A DNA stretch of 64,000 nt from Candidatus Aenigmatarchaeota archaeon (GTDB lineage: Archaea > Aenigmatarchaeota > Aenigmatarchaeia > CG10238-14). Below the pieces are notes generated by a model. It searched no databases and was not told the DNA's origin. It was given only the letters and a program-made list of their open reading frames with translations. The translations under genes and the position numbers were made by a program. Below are positions 57,789-64,000 of this stretch, in pieces; within the stretch, counting starts at the first letter, position 1; each line of letters opens with the position of its first letter. The stretch is from contig JASEGC010000001.1 of NCBI GenBank assembly GCA_030018415.1, forward strand, positions 535,033 through 599,032, written 5' to 3'.

Positions 57789-59552
57789 ATGAAAAGAGTA
57801 GTTGTCATTGATAAGGATAAGTGTAGACCAAGTAAATGTGGAAACTATCTATGTCAGAGAATTTGCCCCAAAAATCGGGCTGGAGAGAAGTGTGTAACAG
57901 TTGGGGAAGATGATAAACCATTAATTGATGAAGATATCTGTATTGGTTGCGGCATTTGCGTGAAAAAATGCCAGTTCGATGCAATAAAGATCGTGAATTT
58001 ACCAGAACAACTGAGGGAAAAACCCATCCACCGGTTCGGTAGGAATCAGTTTGTCCTTTTCAGGTTACCTTATCCTATTCCTGGTCAAGTAGTCGGCTTA
58101 GTTGGGTCAAATGGTCTTGGAAAGACTACCGCTCTAATGATTCTTTCTGGTCAAATCAAACCAAACCTTGGTGGATCTAGAAAAATCGATTTTTCAGAGT
58201 TGATAACCCTATTCAGAGGCACAGAAGTACAGAATTACCTGGAAAAGTTGAAGGATAAAGAGATAAGAGTTTCTTTCAAGCCACAGAGAGTCGATAAAAT
58301 TCCTGAGAAGTATTCTGGAAAAGTATCGAAGCTGTTGAATAAAACAGACGAGAGAGGTATTTTAAGCGGTCTCATAGCAAGGTTTGCGTTAGAAGAGATA
58401 CTAGATGATGATATCGACAGGATATCAGGCGGGGAGTTGCAGAGAGTTGCGATAGCAGCTTGTCTGGCAAAGGATGCTGATATTTACTACTTTGACGAGC
58501 CAACGAGTTTTTTGGATGTTTTTCAAAGGTTAGAAGTATCCAAAACAATAAGAGAATTCTGTCAAAACAGGTCAGTTATGGTCACTGATCACGACCTCGC
58601 TACTCTTGATTTTCTTGCTGATAGGATTCACGTATTCTATGGCACGCCTGGTGTGTATGGCATAGTGTCAAGTCCTTATTCGGTTCGTAATGGCATAAAC
58701 ACCTTCCTCGATGGCTACATTCGAGAAGATAACGTGAGGATAAGGCCCACGCCTATAAAATTTGAGTCAAGCTATGTTCAATCGACGAGAGGAGGCAGTG
58801 TACTGTTGGAGTTCAGTGACATTAAAAAAACACTAGGCGATTTCAGTCTCACGATAAAAAAAGGAGAACTTTATAAACAAGAAGTTTTAGGGATACTAGG
58901 GGCTAATGCTCTAGGAAAGACTACTTTTGCGAGGATTTTAGCCGGAGAAATAAAGCAAGATTCTGGAGATATAAATAGAAAGGTTAAGATTGCCTACAAG
59001 TCACAGTATCCTCGAACAGATTTCGATGGGACAGTAAGGGAACTCTTGAAGTCTGTGTCTGATGTTAAAACAGAAAGTTACAAGGCAGAAGTCATCAGGC
59101 CTTTGGAACTAGAGAAGCTGCTAGAAAGAGAGGTGAAAAAACTTTCTGGCGGAGAATTGCAGAGAGTTGCGATAGCAGTTGCTTTGAGTCAAGAGTCGGA
59201 TGTTTATTTGCTTGATGAGCCTTCTGCTTTCTTGGACGTGGAGATGAGGCTTTCTCTGGCGAGCATGATTAGAAGGTTGGTTGAGAAAAGAGAATGTTCT
59301 GCGATGATCGTGGATCATGATTTGCTGTTCTTGAGTCGGATTGCTGACAGAGGAATGGTTTTCTTCGGAAAACCAGGAAAGGAAGGATATGTTGAAGAAC
59401 CTATGAGCGTTGAAGAAGCTTTCGATAGATTCTTAAAAGAGGTTGGTGTTACCTTCAGGACTGATAAAACTAGTGGAAGACCGAGAGCAAACAAACTGGG
59501 ATCAAAATTGGATAGAGAGCAGAAAGATAGAGGAAAGTATTACATGAGTTGA
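57789..59552 (+). CDS. abcE1: ABCE1/RLI ribosome-recycling ATPase
   Basis: 587 aa with an N-terminal FeS domain (C..C..C...CP; CIGCGICVKKC) and two ABC cassettes (GSNGLGKTT and GANALGKTT; LSGGELQRVAIA twice). Confidence 0.95.
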   Translation: MKRVVVIDKDKCRPSKCGNYLCQRICPKNRAGEKCVTVGEDDKPLIDEDICIGCGICVKKCQFDAIKIVNLPEQLREKPIHRFGRNQFVLFRLPYPIPGQVVGLVGSNGLGKTTALMILSGQIKPNLGGSRKIDFSELITLFRGTEVQNYLEKLKDKEIRVSFKPQRVDKIPEKYSGKVSKLLNKTDERGILSGLIARFALEEILDDDIDRISGGELQRVAIAACLAKDADIYYFDEPTSFLDVFQRLEVSKTIREFCQNRSVMVTDHDLATLDFLADRIHVFYGTPGVYGIVSSPYSVRNGINTFLDGYIREDNVRIRPTPIKFESSYVQSTRGGSVLLEFSDIKKTLGDFSLTIKKGELYKQEVLGILGANALGKTTFARILAGEIKQDSGDINRKVKIAYKSQYPRTDFDGTVRELLKSVSDVKTESYKAEVIRPLELEKLLEREVKKLSGGELQRVAIAVALSQESDVYLLDEPSAFLDVEMRLSLASMIRRLVEKRECSAMIVDHDLLFLSRIADRGMVFFGKPGKEGYVEEPMSVEEAFDRFLKEVGVTFRTDKTSGRPRANKLGSKLDREQKDRGKYYMS

Positions 59553-61280
59553 TTAGTAGGGATTAGAAACTTTGTAAAGAGTATATGAGTGTCTACCTTC
59601 ATCAACAGCTACTGATGTTAATTCTGTCATGTTGTATTTATCGAACATGTATTTGCAAACAGATGATTTGTAAGGCTCAATGTTACACCAGAAACCATCA
59701 TCGAATATCACACAATCTGTCTTCTCGAACAATTCCTTCATTATATTCTCGTTCTGTCCGTTCCAAGTCTGCAATGAACCTATGTCTAGTATTAAATACA
59801 TGCTTGGAACATGGGACATTATGTAACAGTTCTTGTCCAACTTACTCGCATACTCAACGAAACGATCATGATATATTCTTGCTTGATTGGCTTCTACTAT
59901 TTTCTCAGCCGGTGTGCTTACTGATGGAAGATAGAAGTAGAAAGTCAGCATCACTACAAAAATCAATAAGGCGAAGATGAGCATTTCTTTCCTTATTTTT
60001 TTCATGAGTAGTTTGTGTATGAAATAAAGACCAAAACCTCCAAGTAATACAAAAGGAGGATAACCGCTCAGGGAATATCTCACATCTGTCCCATACCTAA
60101 CGCTGCCTGCGTAGAAGAATGCATAAATCGTGAAAAAAATCAAGAACCAAAGACCTAGGAAAATGGAAATCTTTCTTTCTTTTATCGCAACATAAATTAA
60201 GCCGATGATAGCAAATACAGTAAAAACGAAGGGGTGTTCTATAGTATCATAGCCTTTAATCCAGAATAAAGCGTTTTCTGCCGCATTCTTTATTACATAA
60301 TCAAACCCAAACTTTTTTCCAGAGGATCCCCAAGGATCTGTCTTTGAGGAATGATATACATGAATCACATACGGGGTTATTAAGACAAATAGGATGAGAT
60401 ATGAAATCAAGAATCTAGTAGATTTTGTCCTCATTTTAAATTTCTCATCGAACAAAAACATTATGAGAGCGATTAAAGCTATTACAGCACCACTCTCTGC
60501 TTTGAACTGAGATGCGAATGCAACACTACTTGCAGCGAGTAAGTTTGTGTTCCATTTATCTGTTTCGATCATCAACAAAAAAGAAAAAACTGCCAGCAAG
60601 GTATAGAATATAAAGAATGGTTCAGCCGCAACTGTCCCCGACCAAACGACAATCATCGGAACAAAAGCAAACAATAAGGCAGAGTACAAGCCGATTTCTA
60701 CTTTTTTAGAGATGAGATAACCAACTAAAAAAAGTAATAAAATCGATAAAGTTCCTAACAAGACTGAAAGGTTGTGAGCAACAACCTCGCTTATACCAAA
60801 GAACAAGAATGCAATCGCGAAAGTGAAAGGATGACCATTAGGCCACTTCATCAAGATGCATTCGTAGCAACCCTTATGATCACCATAATTGCACAGGCAA
60901 GCCTTTCTCTCAGTCAAGATTTCTTTTCCTATGTCTAAGTAAATGTCTTCATCGAAGTAAACTCTATGAGTGTGAGGAGTGAAATACATTCTCAGAATGA
61001 AGCCCATAAGTAGAATCAAAAACAAAATTATCCAGGTACTTTTTTTAACTGTTTTTAAAACTTTTTTTATATCTTTTAGACTTAATGATAAGGAGATTAT
61101 GATCAACGCAAAATTTACAGTCAAGAATATCGGTTCGATTGTTATGAGCATTTCTTCTAATGTTTTTTGTGCGGGATAAGTGATAGAATAGTAAATTATG
61201 ATGAAGAAGAAATTAGCGATTAAAATCAAAGGCAGAATTCTAAAAAACCATTCCTTCATCGAGTTAATTTTTTTCTTCAT
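59553..61280 (-). CDS. GT-C fold glycosyltransferase (ArnT/PMT-like, GT39/GT83-type)
   Basis: 575 aa with at least 11 TM helices. The first-loop acidic motif is RVYFDEDIYLD and there is a soluble C-terminal domain. No WWDYG motif is present, so it is not a canonical AglB. Confidence 0.65.
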   Translation of the reverse strand: MKKKINSMKEWFFRILPLILIANFFFIIIYYSITYPAQKTLEEMLITIEPIFLTVNFALIIISLSLSLKDIKKVLKTVKKSTWIILFLILLMGFILRMYFTPHTHRVYFDEDIYLDIGKEILTERKACLCNYGDHKGCYECILMKWPNGHPFTFAIAFLFFGISEVVAHNLSVLLGTLSILLLFLVGYLISKKVEIGLYSALLFAFVPMIVVWSGTVAAEPFFIFYTLLAVFSFLLMIETDKWNTNLLAASSVAFASQFKAESGAVIALIALIMFLFDEKFKMRTKSTRFLISYLILFVLITPYVIHVYHSSKTDPWGSSGKKFGFDYVIKNAAENALFWIKGYDTIEHPFVFTVFAIIGLIYVAIKERKISIFLGLWFLIFFTIYAFFYAGSVRYGTDVRYSLSGYPPFVLLGGFGLYFIHKLLMKKIRKEMLIFALLIFVVMLTFYFYLPSVSTPAEKIVEANQARIYHDRFVEYASKLDKNCYIMSHVPSMYLILDIGSLQTWNGQNENIMKELFEKTDCVIFDDGFWCNIEPYKSSVCKYMFDKYNMTELTSVAVDEGRHSYTLYKVSNPY

Positions 61281-61289
61281 ACAAATACA

Positions 61290-62981
61290 TTATTTTAATT
61301 CAATAAAAAAGTTACCCAAAGCCATGTATTTAGTTCTAGTCTTTACCATCGTTTCTAAAGCATCTTTTGGTGTACAGACAATAGGCTCTCCATGCAAGTT
61401 AAAGCTCGTGTTCAAGATTATCCCATCTCCAGTGTTCTTCTTTACTTGTTCGATCAATCTTCTGTATCTTGGGTTTTCATCTTCGAGCATCTGCGGTCTT
61501 GCAGAACCGTCTATGTTTATGACAGCCTTAACTCTTTCCCTAACTTCTGGTCTTGTCCTGTAACCCATAGTCATGAATTTATCATAACCTTTAATGTCGA
61601 CGAAAAATTTTTCTGCTTCTTCTTTCAATAGGGAAGGACAAAAAGGTTGGAACCAATTTCTCTTTTTGATATGAAGGTTTAATTCATCTTTTATCTCTAA
61701 GGAAAAAGCTGGGGCTAGAATAGACCTATTGCCTAAAGCTCTCGGTCCGATTTCCATCCTACCTTGATACCACAACACAAAATTTTTATTCGATATAAAA
61801 TCCCCGACGAATCTTGCTATATCATCTCTCTCTTCGAACTTCACTTTTTCCTTCACATTCTTTAAGGATTTCTCGATCTCATCTTCTGGATACTCAGGAC
61901 CAAGGAAGACATCGTCCAATTTGCAGTTGTTTGACCCATTCAATTCATGGTTAACGTACAAGGCTGCTCCTATCGCCAGTCCACCATCACCCATGTGCGG
62001 AAAAATAAACCATCTCTTCAAGTCAGGCAAATCCTTTATCTTCATGTTAGCTTTAATGTTCGATGCCACACCTCCAGCCCAACAGACATCACTCAAGCCT
62101 GTCTCTTCTATTGCATTCTGGAATAATTGAACAACATTTTTCTCTAGAGTCCTTTGAGCCATGTAAGAGAATTCCTCTCTCGGTGTGTTCCACAAGATTT
62201 TGTTCAAGAGTTTGTACCTACTTGCAGTTGTTTGGTTAGATTGAATCCTTAACCCATTGACTGTGAACAGGTTTAGAAGTTTATTCTCTTCATCTGGAAC
62301 TGTATACGCATAGTCCGATAAAGCCATTACTTTTCCTTCATCCTCCAACTCTCTGAAACCAAGGAGATTTGTCACTTGCTCGAAGAATATGCCTATGGAA
62401 TCCTTTGCTAGAGTTTCTGATAATCTCTCTATTTCACCATCGTTATAAACATTGACTGTTGCTGAAAGACCATCACCAACTCCATCCATCGTTATGATTA
62501 AAGCCTTCTTGAACCCGCTACAGTAAGAAGCCGTAACGGCATGAGCTAAGTGATGTTCAACGATATGGATGTCAAAATCTTCAAACCCCATCTTTTTAAG
62601 GTTCTTCTTAAAATACCATTTTGTGATTCTTCGACAGAGAGGTTTTTCATTCAGTTCAGTAGTTCTGTACTTTATGTTTCTTCTAAAGTGTTCGAACCTA
62701 GGTTTCTCCATTCTTCTTCTGAAGAGATAGTAACTTTCTTTCATGCTTGGAAAAATTCTTGTCAAAGTTTTTGCAAAATCTGTTGTTGTTATAGCAATGT
62801 GAGAGATATCTGTAGGTTTGAGTTCTAGAAAATCTAAACAGCATTTAATAGAATTTTCAGGGAAGCCAACTTCTAATTTTCTCCTTGTGAATCTTTCTTC
62901 GTTTACAGCTACTTTGATCTCATCATCTTCTACTATTGCTGCTCCACAGTCGTGACCGTCCCAGATGCCTAAAATGTACAT
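61290..62981 (-). CDS. NodU/CmcH-family carbamoyltransferase
   Basis: 563 aa. The N-terminus MYILGIWDGHDCGAAIVEDDEIKVAVNEERFTRRK, the segment HHLAHA and the C-terminal ..NTSFNLHGEPIV are family hallmarks. Confidence 0.85.
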   Translation of the reverse strand: MYILGIWDGHDCGAAIVEDDEIKVAVNEERFTRRKLEVGFPENSIKCCLDFLELKPTDISHIAITTTDFAKTLTRIFPSMKESYYLFRRRMEKPRFEHFRRNIKYRTTELNEKPLCRRITKWYFKKNLKKMGFEDFDIHIVEHHLAHAVTASYCSGFKKALIITMDGVGDGLSATVNVYNDGEIERLSETLAKDSIGIFFEQVTNLLGFRELEDEGKVMALSDYAYTVPDEENKLLNLFTVNGLRIQSNQTTASRYKLLNKILWNTPREEFSYMAQRTLEKNVVQLFQNAIEETGLSDVCWAGGVASNIKANMKIKDLPDLKRWFIFPHMGDGGLAIGAALYVNHELNGSNNCKLDDVFLGPEYPEDEIEKSLKNVKEKVKFEERDDIARFVGDFISNKNFVLWYQGRMEIGPRALGNRSILAPAFSLEIKDELNLHIKKRNWFQPFCPSLLKEEAEKFFVDIKGYDKFMTMGYRTRPEVRERVKAVINIDGSARPQMLEDENPRYRRLIEQVKKNTGDGIILNTSFNLHGEPIVCTPKDALETMVKTRTKYMALGNFFIELK

Positions 62982-62991
62982 TTATTCACCA

Positions 62992-63756
62992 TTAATGAGA
63001 CGTAAATTTTAATAAATTTAAAGTTTTTTGAAATACTTTTGAATAAAATTTTAACCATAAAATCAAACTCAATTTTACATACATGAATCCTACCTTAATA
63101 ACGGCAAAAAATGAACCAAACTTCGATTTACCTTCTCTTCTTCCACTCCAAGATACAGGTACCTCCGTAATTTTAAAACCCATTATATGGGCTTTAAGTA
63201 TAATTTCTGAAGTTATTTCAAATCCTTTTGATTTTGGTTTAATTGTATCTATTACCTTTCTTTTATATGCTTTAAACGCATTTGATATATCTTTAATGTG
63301 TAGAAAAAAGATCAGTCTGAAGAATTCGTTATATAATCTATTGCAGACAAGTTTTATTGGGGGGTATCCTACGAGTTTCGATCCATCGATAAACCTAGAG
63401 CCAACAACAACATCATAACCCTCGTTGATTTTTTTTATGAGCTTCACGATGTCTCTTGGATCGTCTGACAAATCTCCCATAAATGGGATGAGTACTGAGC
63501 CATGAGCATGAGAAAAACCATATCTTAGAGCGGAACCCAATCCAGTCGGTCCTGACTTCAAGTGAATTTTATGGAAAACCTTGACTTTTGTGTGTTTTTT
63601 TGATAATACATTTAGAATTTTACCAGTCGAATCATCACTATTATCATTAACTGCTATGATTTCATAATCATAATTTTTTAATTCATTAAGTACACTTATA
63701 ATAGCTTTTTTAATGTTCAATTCTTCGTTATGTGCAAGTATAATGATTGAAATCAT
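62992..63756 (-). CDS. Family-2 glycosyltransferase (dolichyl-phosphate sugar synthase-like)
   Basis: 254 aa with ISIIILAHNEE...IIAVNDNSDDST (DxD context) ...GDLSDDP and a C-terminal TM helix. Confidence 0.85.
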   Translation of the reverse strand: MISIIILAHNEELNIKKAIISVLNELKNYDYEIIAVNDNSDDSTGKILNVLSKKHTKVKVFHKIHLKSGPTGLGSALRYGFSHAHGSVLIPFMGDLSDDPRDIVKLIKKINEGYDVVVGSRFIDGSKLVGYPPIKLVCNRLYNEFFRLIFFLHIKDISNAFKAYKRKVIDTIKPKSKGFEITSEIILKAHIMGFKITEVPVSWSGRREGKSKFGSFFAVIKVGFMYVKLSLILWLKFYSKVFQKTLNLLKFTSH

Positions 63757-63809
63757 TTTAACACTTCATATTATTTCTCAAAACTAAATACTCGAAGTTA
63801 GAAAGATAT

Positions 63810-64000
63810 TTAAGGGACATAGTAGATTTGGGGATCGAAAAGACTATAAATACTGATATTGCTCCCAGATATAACTTTTATTAATATCCAATCTCCCGGT
63901 GGATTCTTCAAAAATTCAGGTAAATTATCGATCAATTTTTTATTTTGTATTGCTATCCCTTTAGAGCTATTTATAATAACATATGAATCAGTAATTTCAT
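63810..64000 (-). CDS. 3' end of an unidentified gene that continues beyond the window
   Basis: The minus-strand frame is open from the window end to a TAA at 63810-63812 and reads ...EITDSYVIINSSKGIAIQNKKLIDNLPEFLKNPPGDWILIKVISGSNISIYSLFDPQIYYVP*. Function is unknown. Confidence 0.3.
   Translation of the reverse strand, partial: EITDSYVIINSSKGIAIQNKKLIDNLPEFLKNPPGDWILIKVISGSNISIYSLFDPQIYYVP

Overview
AT-rich archaeal chromosomal window, with hallmarks including Cdc48, ABCE1, class-V FBP aldolase/phosphatase, NreA, Hef/XPF, DUF460 and archaeal PPAT/DPCK. All calls come from reading the translations and motifs by eye; no database search was run. The phylum cannot be determined, though the style suggests a small-genome, DPANN-like or euryarchaeal lineage. 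Positions 1-5037 (minus strand) hold a translationally coupled Mbh-type membrane-bound [NiFe] hydrogenase/Mrp cluster, mbhA to mbhL, with mbhL truncated at the window edge. Positions 5.1-12.3 kb carry housekeeping genes. Positions 13.3-36.2 kb form a large cell-surface island. It encodes giant, very sequon-rich, Thr-linker, membrane-anchored proteins with PGF-pre-PGF, lamin-tail, PKD, TSP3 and CARDB domains. It also encodes two subtilisin-like S8 proteases, an outward-facing BFN nuclease, small wHTH regulators and a 7TM protein. The most unusual signal is a conserved bipartite non-coding cassette inside this island. It reads AAGGTAGAAAAT..TTTTATTTT, then a fixed ~69 nt spacer, then TATGACAGATTTAAATTTAAATCTTTA. 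It occurs four times, each time upstream of a secreted-protein gene or operon. The first copy drives a compositionally atypical 340-aa secreted protein with higher GC, no N-glycosylation sequons and no anchor. Several uncharacterised Cys-rich and alpha/beta modules are shared among the island proteins. Positions 36-47 kb hold topoisomerase IA, a small archaeosortase-like protein, DUF460, a stand-alone XPF nuclease, a stand-alone Hef helicase and a fused PPAT-DPCK. Positions 48-54.3 kb hold a KaiC-like ATPase convergent with an operon of wHTH, FIST, LuxE-like, LuxC-like, an unknown gene and V4R. Positions 55-64 kb hold an Obg-like GTPase, a KH protein, ABCE1 and a glycan-modification cluster (GT-C, carbamoyltransferase, GT2). 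Several small accessory genes are broken by frameshifts at homopolymer runs. I found no rRNA, tRNA, CRISPR array, transposase or integrase.
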